A DNA stretch of 36,977 bases from Catajapyx aquilonaris. Lineage: Eukaryota. The stretch covers positions 1 to 36,977 of the forward strand of contig KZ538999.1 of NCBI GenBank assembly GCA_000934665.2, given 5' to 3'. The notes beneath the pieces were generated by a model. It saw only the letters and a program-made list of their open reading frames with translations. It had not been told where the DNA came from and ran no database searches. Of this stretch, positions 24,656 through 36,600 are shown in pieces; position 1 is the first letter of the stretch; the number at the start of each line of letters is the position of its first letter. The translations under genes were made by a program, and so were the position numbers.

Positions 24656-24718
24656 TAAAAGGTGCTATAGTCGACTCAGCCTATCTTATTATAGGCTGCC
24701 CGCCCTTACTTCGACCCT

Positions 24719-24993
24719 ACGCCATCGTTTTGTTTATCAACAGAAATCTGCCAAACACAACCCCTGGAACCTCCTGCTTTTCATGGAAATGCCATCACAC
24801 AACAATATGAGTAAATCGACAAAAATAGAACCACTAAACCGTGGATCAGCCATGGATAGAACACTGTGTATGTCCACGTTTATTCCGATTGTTGTGTGAG
24901 GGCATCTTCATGGGAACTTGAAAAGTGTGCGGTTCCACGGGTGCGATGGGCAGATTTCCGTTGACTAGGAGTTGGTAAACAAAATGATGACGT
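24719..24993. mobile_element. Foldback/MITE-like element made of long imperfect inverted arms
   Basis: Paired blocks: acgccatcgttttgtttatcaac / gttggtaaacaaaatgatgacgt; agaaatctgcc..cctggaacc / ggttccacgg..ggcagatttcc; catggaaatgccatcacacaacaat / attgttgtgtgagggcatcttcatg. May extend to ~24676-25016. Confidence 0.65.
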
Positions 24994-25024
24994 CTATGGC
25001 AAGTTAGGCTAGGCTGACCATTTG

Positions 25025-25850
25025 CAGTGAAACCTGTCTTATGTTGGACACTGACGGTTCCAAGTAAAAATCCAACACAGGGAGGTGTCCAGCATATTAA
25101 GATTTCAATCTGGTTTCATAGTACATAGAATATGCAAATAAGTACTGTACAGTAATCATCTAGTGCATGTCTTCTTATTTTCGGTACAGAACAGCGTAGC
25201 GCACATGCAATTTTGGAAACTGGCCTACTTTTTGGTTCATAAATTGGTAACAAGTGACTGGTTTAATCAGAAAAATTTCAATTTTCCTTTGGGCAGTAAC
25301 CATGTCATCACAATGAGAGTGGCATGACAAAGCATTAAGTTCTAATAAGTCATCCCGATCACAACCAGGTTTTACGGCGCATTCATCTTCTGATGAGTTA
25401 CTTTGCGTATCCTGCAACACCTGCGTCAGCACCTCATCTGCAATGCCCCCATATTCAGCCTCAGTTGTCAGAATGTTGTCATACATTTGACATTAATTTT
25501 CACTTGAATAAATGAAGACATGCTTCACAAATGTATTTTATCAGCATGGCTCAAGTTTTGGAAGGGGGGACTAGTCTCATTGTATTAGGATAAGAAATAT
25601 GGTTTTGTGTGAAAATTCTGATGGGATGCTGTGCAGCAACGCAATAGTAAATTTCTCTAGCCTTGGCCATTTTTTGTGACCAATGATTTTACGCAAATTT
25701 ACTCGTAACTCCTGCTGCAATCTATTTTTTGGGGGGTTTGTTTTTAAATATGGTTCCGCCACTCAAACAATGTGTTGTTCAATGTGTTGGCAAGATAGGG
25801 TATTCATTTGCAACAAATTTGATCATTATGCAGTGCAGAAAATTAGGTTC
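25025..25850 (-). mobile_element. Probable decayed pogo/Tigger (Tc1/mariner superfamily) DNA transposon remnant
   Basis: The end cagtgaaacctgtcttatgttggacac (25025), with an inverted sub-repeat at ~25083-25112, resembles pogo-type termini. Minus-strand fragments loosely resemble the DDE_1 region (ALLHSIPS..KTIFL..PNT) and the acidic tail (DNILTTE..DEVLTQVLQD..SSEDE) of Tigger-like transposases. Recognition is by eye only. Confidence 0.4.
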
Positions 25851-26872
25851 TCCCCCCCCCCCCTCCCCCCAAAACAAGCGTAGGGATTGTTCATGGGGTA
25901 ACAATAAAATAAAAAGGTTGTGTTGATGCCAAATTTATAAAACATTACCTGAGATTTTATCTTAACTTATTGTCATGATACAGCCAGAGATCTTATGGGG
26001 GTTTTTCCAAAGGTGCCACTTATTTGATCTAGAGTAGTCTAGAGCAATCATGGAAGCTGATGGACGTCCTTCATCCAATCACAGAAATTATTTATTTGTC
26101 GACTATACTTGTATTGCAACAGTATTTTTTTCCATCTGTATTATTGATCGTTGGCAAGAGCTAATAGCTCTTGTCGTTGGTTAATAATTAATCGGCAGTT
26201 TAATCATGTGGCTTTCACAATGACATTTCTAAAGATCCTGCAGCAAATTATGGGAATTTTTTTATTCGTCCACTAGAGAAGCAGACGAGGAAGCTGAAAT
26301 ATATGTTGAATTTACCGACCATATAAGGTGCCAAAAGAGAGTGGGAGCTACATAAAAATTCAAAACCACAGCTTCGATGAAAGAATATTTCTTTCTCTAG
26401 TGGGCAAGAAATTGATGCCCACCTTTCCTTTGAGTATGTATTTTTTAAAAAATTAGCATTATTGCACTCCAAAGTCATCTTCCAATAAAAACAAAAAAGG
26501 GGCAGTCAAGGCCGATCCCTGCAACATGCATGACTGGCAGAAAGCTCTAACTTGCTGTGTACACTGTACAGAGCTCGTCTGTACACACTACGGCTAGCAT
26601 TTCCAGTACCCAATGAGTCTGGTTGCAGTAATTTTGCAAATTTCTCTTTCAAAGTATTTAACTCAGGTTCAGTCGGTTCAGTACATACATTATTATTATT
26701 TTTTGTCTGATAATAATTGAATATTCCCTGGCACATTGTGTAACTTGAAATCTTCACCGTTAGATGTCCGTACACTGTTTGTGCGCGGGCTGTTTGAGGT
26801 GGGTGGGTTGGGTGGTAAAATGCAAGTGGGGTGTTGGGTGGTAAAAGGGGGGGTCGAAAAATAGCGCCCGTT

Positions 26873-26894
26873 GGCTGGCTGGCTGGCTGGCTGG
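26873..26894 (+). repeat. (GGCT)n tetranucleotide microsatellite next to a G-rich tract
   Basis: ggctggctggctggctggctgg, preceded by G-runs at ~26798-26853 that contain ttgggtggtaaaa twice. Confidence 0.8.
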
Positions 26895-27366
26895 AGGGGT
26901 CCGGCCCGGATTAGGGTGCAGTCACATGTAACCGGCGGGGCTGGCTTCTCACCACCTTAAACACTTCTTGATCCAGCCAAAAGGGCCTCTCTCTCTCACA
27001 CACCTCTCTCTCATTCTTTAACCTCCCTCATTGCCCTTTGCCCCCCCTCCTTTCCCCCTGAAGACAAGGAGGATTGTTGCATATCCATAGTGACCACTTG
27101 TCCCCCCCAAAAATAGTTTTTATTTTTATTTTTTGTGAGGTGGTGGAGGAGGAGAGGAGGGGACACCATTCACCGGCTTACATCCATCCTCAACAGGGCA
27201 TCTACTGTACAGTGAGTATGACAGCTGCTTTTACATATCGGTAATGCCTGCAATGATAACAGAAATCTAGGCAGGGTATATTCAGACCAGCACATTTGGT
27301 GTGCCCAGGTGTTGCAGCAGACTGTGATAGCAGGTGTAATTATTGTAACACATGGTGAACTGCAAA

Positions 27367-27441
27367 NNNNNNNNNNNNNNNNNNNNNNNNNNNNNNNNNN
27401 NNNNNNNNNNNNNNNNNNNNNNNNNNNNNNNNNNNNNNNNN
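27367..27441. other. Assembly gap (75 N)
   Basis: Run of N. Confidence 0.99.
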
Positions 27442-28299
27442 GGGGGGGCAAATTTTCAGAACGATTTGACGAAGGTTATTGCTTTATCATTTTTTTTAAA
27501 AAAAATGAAGGATATAATTATGTTGTGGTTACAAGTTTTCAGTACCGGTATAGTTCAAAATTGACACTATTGTGGTTTGATTGTGATTGATTTGTGAAGG
27601 TACATATACGCCACATTATTAATTACCATGGGTTAGGATATATGAGCAGGTGTTTTAATACAGCTACAAAGCATATGTGCTAATAGTACTAACAATTAGT
27701 AACTATAAGTATTTGCGAAATTCAATAAGCTACTAGGAGGCAGCCACATGGGCCTAATTTCCATTAACATTTTCCAGTGCAATGAATCAATTTTATTTTA
27801 CTTACCCCATTGGGCTCCTCGAGGGAGGTGGAACACCGCCATTTTTCAATCACTATTTTCTTGATTTTCGCAATAAATATAAATACAGCATGAATCCCTT
27901 ACGATGGAATTACCCAAGTACCCATCTGTTGGCTATACTCTTTACGAATATTTTCAAACGTTACTACAACTGCTGTAGGAACGTGTAGGAAACTAATGAA
28001 GTCTGATAAGCAGCTCCTGTGAGTATAGGTATGCAATTTTTAGTACCGTAATGACTCACATCATTACTCATGTGCCACACTAATTGAAGCACAAAATACA
28101 GTTATTTCATTACGCACCTGCATTGCCATTTTGTCATTTCGCGACAATTTTTTTTTTGCACAAACTGTTGTGTACCTCTCCCCTACTGGAGGTTATACGG
28201 TGCATGGTAGGATATAATGAGAGGTTGGTGACCGGATGTTGGCAGAGAGATGATTGTTGCGATTCTCGTTTATTCCCCTCCGCGCCTTTCACCTTTATT

Positions 28300-31200
28300 T
28301 TTATTTTTTTATTTTTTTTCCTGCACGTGAGACATTGGGTGTGACCCTCCCTCAGCAGTCATCGGTCTCACACATTTTTTGGGGGTACCGTTTTTTGATC
28401 GAGTCTTTTTGTAGTGAGGTGGAACGTGCCTCCGGAAGGGTGCAGGCGATTTTAGACAAACTCAGGGTGACCAACCTAAGCAGATTGACCTCGGGGAGGC
28501 TGTTCTGGCATCCTCTAGAGACCAACATTCTTACAGGATGTCGCACACTATTTTGCCAATATATATTATTTTTTGCGCCAAATTTTGTACAGATCCGCAC
28601 ATAGCAAGTTTTTGGCTAGGTTCAGGGGAGGTTGAGTCAGAAAAATTCCCGGACACTTGGCACACGGCCGTTAAGACAACATGTCATGGTCGTATATATA
28701 CAAGAGGAGTTGGAGAAAGAAAAAAAAAAAAATGAGGTTGTTGGAACCGATTGTTATCTAGGGGAGATCTCAGGTGAAGTTCACCACTGACCTCTTTCGA
28801 CTGGGTGCAATCTGTTTTAGAAGATGTAGAAAAAAAGGGGGTTAAGTTACTTCTTCAATAATGTTCGGTGAGATATGGGCCATTTTTTTGTCGTGATGCA
28901 TATGCATGAGGTTGTAATACCGGTTTTGTCCGCATAATTTTAATAGACTGGTTTTTTTGTGTGTGTGTGTACAAATCCGTGGGATTAGGGCAGATGTGCC
29001 GAATATTAAACTGGGGAGTAGGTTAATCTGGAAGGGCAATTGTTGCGACAGTACATGCAATAGTACTGACCCTAAAAAGTAATCTGAAAATTCGCGCATG
29101 GAAATTATTGTAGGGCTGAAAATAATCCAACAGTAGGAAATTGCTGACCCAAAAACTGATAGTGATCGAGAGAGAAAGAAATCACGAATTCCATGGGATG
29201 TAAGTATTTGGGATATCTTTTTTGATTTTGCTGATTCTGCTTAATTGTAGGGATGAATTTCGCCGAAAAAAAACCTAAATTCCGCATCGTTTGAGTTGGA
29301 AAAAAAAAGGGGTTTGCAAAGGTTGTTAACACTGGTGAATGGTCATGGATGTGGTCAGCGAAAACCTATTGTGTACCCCAATTCCTGTCGGTGGCCATCA
29401 ATCCGGCCATTTTTATGTGAAATGGGGCAACGCACTTTGGAACAATTTCCCCCTCCTCTTTGAGAATGATGTGGAAGCAGGGGGGGAGGGGGAGAGATTG
29501 AAAAAATAAATAAGCCAAAAAAAAAAGTTTGGGATAGAAAAAGTTTTTAGATGTTATCGAGAAAGGAGGGCGCGGGGTCTCCTCTGGTCCATTCCCATTT
29601 TTATGAAACACTCCGTGTGAGGTCGAGGACGGCCATCACCAGTTTGTGGTCGAAAGATGCTGCCAAAAAACCAAGTGAAAAAAAATTAACCCCCCCCCCC
29701 CCAAAAAAAAAAAGTGACACAAGGGCACGCTCAAAAAAGTCACCGCTCGAAAAGTGGGTTGGGTCCTTTTTTTAAACAACAACAAAAAAAAAAAATGGGG
29801 TCGAAGGTCAGTATCGTCTCCGATTGTTGGTTCTACTTCGTACACTTGGGTCATAATGTGTAATTGATCACAAGTGGGCGATGACACATGGTAGCAGATG
29901 TGTCGTCCAAAAAGACACAGCTACACACAGTCCACCAAGGACAGTTAATGACACTGCTGAAACACTTCGTTCCCAACATATTCTTTTTTTTTTGAAAAAA
30001 AAAGGATGAAGGGGTGTCACAAGTCATTAACGCCGAAGCCAATTAATTATTCAGACGCATTCAGACGCAAACACCCCCCCCCCCCAAAAAAAAATAATTA
30101 CCAATAAATTTGCTTTCTAGATAAGGTAGCAGGTTGTTGAACTAAATTGTTGAGAGGGAGAAAAAAAACAGCAAAGGCTTTCACTTAAGCATTGTTTTGT
30201 TCATAATCAAGTTCATTGTGGGCCAGTTGTCGTTAGGATCCTCTTGAGATTCGAATAGGCGTGTCTCTAAATTTTTTTTTCTGAACTCTAAAGTGAAAAA
30301 AAAGAGAGCTCGTAACATTCCATGAAGATTTGCCCAGCTTGGGAGGAAAGGCTGCTTGCCAAGAATGCTCCTTGGTGGTGGTACGCCTCCTGCTGGTATC
30401 GAACTTTGGAGAAGGAGCCAAATATAACCCCCCCCCCCCCCTCCTCCTCCCACACACATACAACCCATGGGCGGTACACAAAAAGAGGGCCAAAACCCTC
30501 TAGTGTCTACTACAATTTTTTTTAAAGGAAGGTTGTACCCATCTTCACCACACCATGCCAATCCAAGATGGCTGGAGGGACGCGTGCTTGATTTCATTTA
30601 CACCCGCTTGAGTGCGCTTAAAAAAGAAGTCATAGAAGAAGAAGGGGTGGTGGAGTGGCCTCTGGCATCGGTTAGGAATCTTAGTAGCATCATCCTCCCT
30701 CGGCGGCCTTACTCACGAAAATAGTCGTCATCCTTGCAGAATCTTAAAAAGAAGAAGAAAAATAATAATAATAACTTCCGGAGAGTCGTCAAAAAAAAAA
30801 AATGGGTGAGAAGAGAAAACCTTCTGCTGCGCGCCTTCCTTTTTGTCTTGATGGCTTCCTGGGCGAGGTGATTGTCCGGGAACTAATGAATTGGTTACGG
30901 TCATTAAGAAAGTGCCATTTTCTTTTGGGAGAACCCAACGTCACGTTCTCCGCTTGTCTTATCGCTCTCGCAGGCTTACCAAACATTTCACTTAGCCTGC
31001 TGTCTTCAATGGCCTTTGCTTCCTAAAAAAAAAAAATTCTCTCCAGTGCAGTGGGGAGAGAGGGTGCTAATGAGACATGGATTTAAATTGTAAATGGACG
31101 GTTTTCTGGGGATCATACTAACAACCTTTGTGTTTGCTGAAGAACTAATGAAACTTTGGGCACACACACTTTGATGAAAAAAATTCCTGAAAGAAAAAAA

Positions 31201-32000
31201 ATGGCATCCAGACCATTTTTCCAAATGCAGCAGTTAAGTGTAATTGCCCCCCTTTTTTTCCTTAGGTTATCGGATTCCTCCTACTTTGGTGGTCGCTTTT
31301 AGGGCTAACAATGGCCCATAAAAAATTACCTGCCTTTGAACGAGTCTAACGGCGCGTAATAAGTAAGCTTTCAGGTTAATGGATATGACCAAACACCCCC
31401 CACTATTTAGTGTTTTTTCCTTCTCAGTTATCGCGACACTTGTCACTCTGTACAGCAAACAAGTATAAGTACCGGTACCTAAGCCACTTTTGAAAATAAG
31501 TTTTAACTGTTGAAATTGAAACGTTTGTTTTTTTTTTTTAAAAAAAAAACGGGGGCGTCGAAGTAGACTAAGTGGGGAAAACCAATAGCTCACGAATGCG
31601 TCTAGTAATTTTAAGTTGACGCAAGTGCTCTTGGGTCAATTGCCAAAGTTGGATATTTTTAGGCAAAGCGATAAGGTGTGGGTGAAAAAAAAACAAGACG
31701 CGAATGGGTGGGGGGGAAAAAAAACCTGAGGCGGTAATTTGAGTGCCAGAAAGTTTTTGTCACCCCAGCCCTTTTGCACGATACATTGTTGCTCAAAGTG
31801 GGCATCCAAGAAATGCAAAAGGTTTGCCAGATTTTAGCACGTGCTCCATTTCTTTCACCGGTAAAGTTTTGCTTGGGGGCTTTTTCTTTTTCCATTCGGT
31901 AAAAATGTTGGCTTGTAGCGAGGCTTTACACCTTTGCTTCGTCGAGCTTGCAATTTCGACAAGTGCTGTTTGAATTTGAACCGTGTCCAAACCGTGTGAC
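28300..32000 (-). mobile_element. Highly decayed Ty3/gypsy-like LTR retrotransposon relic B
   Basis: Minus-strand motif ghosts in gypsy order: gag-like HFLDAHFEQQ (~31800); RT-like ALMTCDTPSSFFFQ...W..C.CVFLDD (~29900-30040, compare MPFGL.NAP.TFQ...CLVYLDD); RNase H-like PFHIK..(DA) and EFVISFSLDHYQFLGQQF (~29130-29430); integrase Zn-region-like YWQNSVRHPVRMLVSRGCQ (~28500-28560). Boundaries are approximate and no LTRs were recognised. Confidence 0.6.
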
Positions 32001-32099
32001 ATGTCTACCTGGGTGAAACCAATCCGCACAGGAAAAAGAAGTTAAAGGAGAAGAAGGAGAGAGAGAAAAAAAAGATTCTGAGCATACCAGTTTAATTGA

Positions 32100-35000
32100 G
32101 GCCAAGGATGAGCCCAGCTTTTCCTAGCCAAAGACCAAGTTGCAAAGCAAGCAAACCCCCCCTTAAACGAGCTGGAAAGTGTACAGGTGTATTACGGGAT
32201 ACCCTGGGCAAAAAGAACATGTGGCAACCGAGGCCCCCGCGAAGGTTTCTGACTCAGTACAAGGCAATTGAGGCTGCTTATCTTTAGGTCTCGTAGACGG
32301 CAACTCTCATAATGCTACAGACTATTTTCTGCTACCACTACCACCCAAAAGTTCTATGACCATGCGATATGTAACTGGCCACTAGACAAATACAATGTAA
32401 AGTATGTCCAATCTGGAGGGGATAAGATATAGTGGCATGTGCAGGACAGACCCACTTTTGTATAAGACAACCTGTTTATGGTCAGGGTTAGGAAATAATT
32501 TTGTAGGGCACGTGATTGTTGCGTTACGACTATAGGGCATGTTATAGGCTGACATCTCGCTTTTTTGTCTTATTTGAAAAAAATTATTGGCACCCCGCAC
32601 TATTTTTTTTAAAGCAGCTTCCTCTGCCATCCCTCTCAGATATATGTTGCTGTTCTCTCTGCGTTAATAAATCATGCTGGATTTATTGGTTTTGGTCTGA
32701 GGGGGACCAATATGGCTCTCGTGTTTAATGGCCTGCTGATAACACAGAAGATTATCTTCTCAAAATATTGTAGCACCCATCATCCCCCAACCTTACAGCC
32801 CAACCTGAAGCTGTAACTTTCGCGACCGAATCCCGAGAGAAAGAATCCCCCGTGCCAGATAACAAGGTGAATTTAAACAATGTTTTTTTGACGTGAATCC
32901 AACATGGCGGCGGCTGTCTGTTCAGAGTTGCCAGGTCGGGAAAACTCTCTTTGGATCCAACTTTAGCGTAGGTTTTACTCACGCCGGCGGGTGGTGGTTA
33001 TAATATTCTCCCCAAAAAGAGCGTGATTCCATCCCTAACCGAGTTAGAGAGACAGGGAACAGTGCGGCAGGGGTTTTCTAAAATTAAAGTCCTGGCTGGC
33101 AGCACTGGCAGTAAGAGCGCAAAAGCCAAAATTAGCCTGCATGCCATTAGAGGCATCTCACATTTACCAGCCTCTTTTCTCAACCGGTAAAAAAAAAGAG
33201 GAGGCGTGAAAAATATAGGAAGAGGCTTGGAAATCAATATGAGAGATAGAAAAGTTCACGCCATGTTGAAACAATGGGATATATTATCTTATCAATGGTT
33301 CGTGGAGAGGGGTTCGTCAGCGATGCATTTAAAAAGCTGGCGATAATTTTAACCCCCCCCCCCCCCCTCGCTGGCGCCAGTAGGTCGAATAAATATTAAT
33401 TCAGCGAGTAGCCCAATGAGGCATGGATGTTGATGAATGCTGTGCTCACTTGTACGTCGAGCCATGTGGCACTGAAGCAAAAGGTCTCATTAGAATAAAC
33501 AAGAAGATGAAGAAAGAAAAAAAATGTGCGACAGAGAAGAAGCTTGGAGAACAGTTGGCGGGTCATTCGTCCCGCTGAATGAAGTGTAGTAAGGGAACGA
33601 AAAGCGTTGGAGGATGATTCATGTTGTGAGTCACACATCGGGGGGTCCAATAGGCTTTTTGGTGGGCAAAGTTCCCGGGAGAAATAGTCACTTCTATAAT
33701 TCTGTACATGATTCTGTACTGATGAGTAAGAATGTAATTCTCTCGCGATATTATCACACCTTTAAATACTGATAAGTCCGGATTATATTTTACAACCTAG
33801 ATTTATATCGAGTGTGGAGGTTAAGCAATGTGCTGTTATGTACATTTCATAACATTATACTTGCTTTGAAGAGGCAAACAACCTTGAACAGAAAGGTATT
33901 TTGGCATTGGTCACTCTTTGTCTAGGGGAGCTGGTCGCCAAAATATTTCGTTAAAAAAGATCTTTGTACGATGTTCAACAAGTGCAACGGCGCTTGTAGT
34001 TGGAGAGCATCTCGTGCTGATCTACCTGGAATGTTTCTGGGAAATGCCTCTCAAGGGCTGCAGAAACTGCTTTAAAAGTTTAACTCCCTTGACCCGGTAC
34101 GTGCATAATGTCAAGGGAGACTCCAAATGGATGGGGGGTTGCACGGAAAGTTGCGGGAGGATTTTTATGACCCTCGGTTTGATGGTGGTACCCTCATGAT
34201 CAACTGGTCTGCACAAAGTTAAACAAAGGTCCATACGCACTGGTCAGTATAATTAGCATTTGTAAATTGTTGAAGGAGCAAACTGGATTTTAAATGTAAT
34301 AAATGTGTACAATACAACTTGGGACATGAGGCTTGACTTGTTTACTTTTCAAACCCTGACAAGATGCATCGGTTATCTAAGTCTTAATCCAGCTTGATGA
34401 GAACCGTCTCTCGAGTGATTACCTTATCAATTTTGGACTCTGGTACCCCCCCTGATTGATTTGTCCCCCTGATACATCCCCTACGGGCGCACTTTTGGCA
34501 CACCCATATTATTGTGTGAATCCCAGCGTGACTCTTAAGCCTTGAGGCGAACTCGAGGACCCGAAATTTACCTGCGGACTCATTCAACCGATGTCATTTG
34601 ATAAGGCAGGTTGAGGAATAATAGGATCTCGACAGGTCCCTCAAGATTGGTGGGTTTTTATCTCGTGCCTTTCATTCAAGGGACCACTAATAAAGCTTAC
34701 CTTGACAACCCCCCATGGATCACTTCCGACCCATTTTCTATATACAAAAAGGCAGTAAGTCACGTGGACTGTGGAATGACATTGGTCCGGATATCCTCTT
34801 GCAGGTTCATCCTATATCAGAAACGGTATCTTCAAGGAGGAAAATAACGGAAAATAATCAGATCAATTCCTTGCACCGAAGCATCAGGATATCCTCAACA
34901 TTGCAGAATGCAAAAATTGTGTGGTGTGTTTTCTTGGTTGATGGAGAGGAGAAAAAATGTGGGCGAAAACCGGTCCTGGTGCCCCCCCTCCTCCTCTTTG

Positions 35001-36600
35001 AAAGGACCCACAGACTTTTCTCTGTTGGATTAATCGTCCAAGTTGAACCGGCCAGACGTCTGGCTCCAAAGAGAAAACCACTAGCAACCCTCCCTTGCTT
35101 TAAGTGTGAAGATCCACAGAGAATTTAGTTGAAGGCCCCTCCTGATGATTGTAAGATGGTTGGCCAAGCGAAGTGGTGGCCTTCAAAAGCTTTTGGTGCT
35201 CTTCAGAAGCTTCGAGAGAGTGACCAACAACAGTCCCAATATTTTTATTATTTGCAATTTTAAAAAAGACGGCCTCCCGGTAATTGGAAGGATGATTAGA
35301 AAGGGCTTAATTGAAGTGGTGGGTGATAATTACTATGTTTAAAGGGGAAGCTGCACGCGAACCACTGCTTGTTTTTTTGTTGTTGTTGCGGTTTTGGGTC
35401 AATCTTCTGCTAGCTCCGTTTTATGAATTTTCCGGATGGTTTGTGTCGGTGCGAGTAAACTCATTTTAGGTCCACGCCAGGCGGAGATTCGTGTTGTTAT
35501 CTGACATCAGACAAACCTTGTTAGTCCCGGCGCCTGTCATGGCCATCTAACCTGTGCCCTTTTTTGGCCATATCTATACACCCATGCCATTGGCGTGGTC
35601 AGTTGTTGCGAAATGGGCAAAACCGGAAGGTGGAAATAGGTCGTTGGTCAGCAATGCGGAGACGTTGTCAATTTCCAGGATTGAACAATGGTTGAACAGC
35701 CCGCCTTGTTATTACGTAGGAATGTCTGATGAGCCTATTGTGCTTGAAGCCAGGTGGTTTTCTATATGTACTAAGGAGAATCGCCTTGGGCTAGGACACA
35801 TCATGGTTCTGCATGGCCAACTCGGTTTTATGATGTTTTTTTTCTTCTTCTTCGTTACATACCTCGTCACAACCCTGGCTTCTAAATGTGGAAGGCCAAA
35901 AAATGATGGCAGTGACACGAGGCCTGTTTCCTGCCTCCCCTTGTCAGCAGGGATGATCGTAATTTGGCAGTTTTTTTATAATGTCTTGGAGGGGAAAGAC
36001 CTGGTAATGCATCCAACATGTTGCAGGTCTCACGTCAACATTTTCAGGGAATACTGTACAAATGGCAGAAAATGTCGTAAGTTCAATATGTTCTCCGTGG
36101 CATACTGCAAATGCAAAGTGTGGACCCGAAAATTAATGCGTGGTCGTGAAACTCGAGCCTTCGGCGTGTCCTTCCGCTTGGTGCACACATCTGCCAACCT
36201 TGGACTTGAATTAAGAATTTGTGCACCATGCAATAAGCACGACCCTAATTTTTTTTATTTACATATATATGACTATTATGCCGGCAAAGATGGGGCACTG
36301 GAGTTAGTTTTTATTTTTTTTGATGTTCAAGAAGGGGAAACTAATATGATGCAGAATTCTGCGTACATACCCTTGACTCAAGTGCTGTGGTCTCGCAGCA
36401 GGGAGCTAACATTTGGCGAAAATTGGAATGACGTCAGTGCACATTGTTGATCAGGTCATCACTTTAACTCTAGTTAAGAGGAAGGGGGGGGGGTGAAGAT
36501 AACTGATTGAGAGTATGACAGATGTATTGTATGCCATCGGAAATGAAAATTTGATTTTCGATACTCCAGTGCCGCGCGCGTCACCCCACAGATGAAGTTC
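32100..36600 (-). mobile_element. Highly decayed Ty3/gypsy-like LTR retrotransposon relic A
   Basis: Minus-strand order: gag-like RINFRV..LNLRH (~36050-36150); Zn-knuckle ghost CIDMAKKGH (~35554-35580); protease-like KFSVDL (~35110); RT AGKFRVLEFAS..VPESKIDKVI..VLIKLD and LCRPVDHEG..KP..LESPLTLCTY..QPLR (34020-34590); RNase H region (~33570-33900); integrase-like PCWIH..GDSFSR (~32830-32910). Many stops and frameshifts; boundaries are approximate. Confidence 0.65.

Noticed and set aside
27442..35500. Numerous 60-140 aa Phe/Lys/Pro/Gly-rich ORFs as novel small proteins
   Set aside because: Their composition reflects homopolymer runs in decayed retrotransposon DNA.
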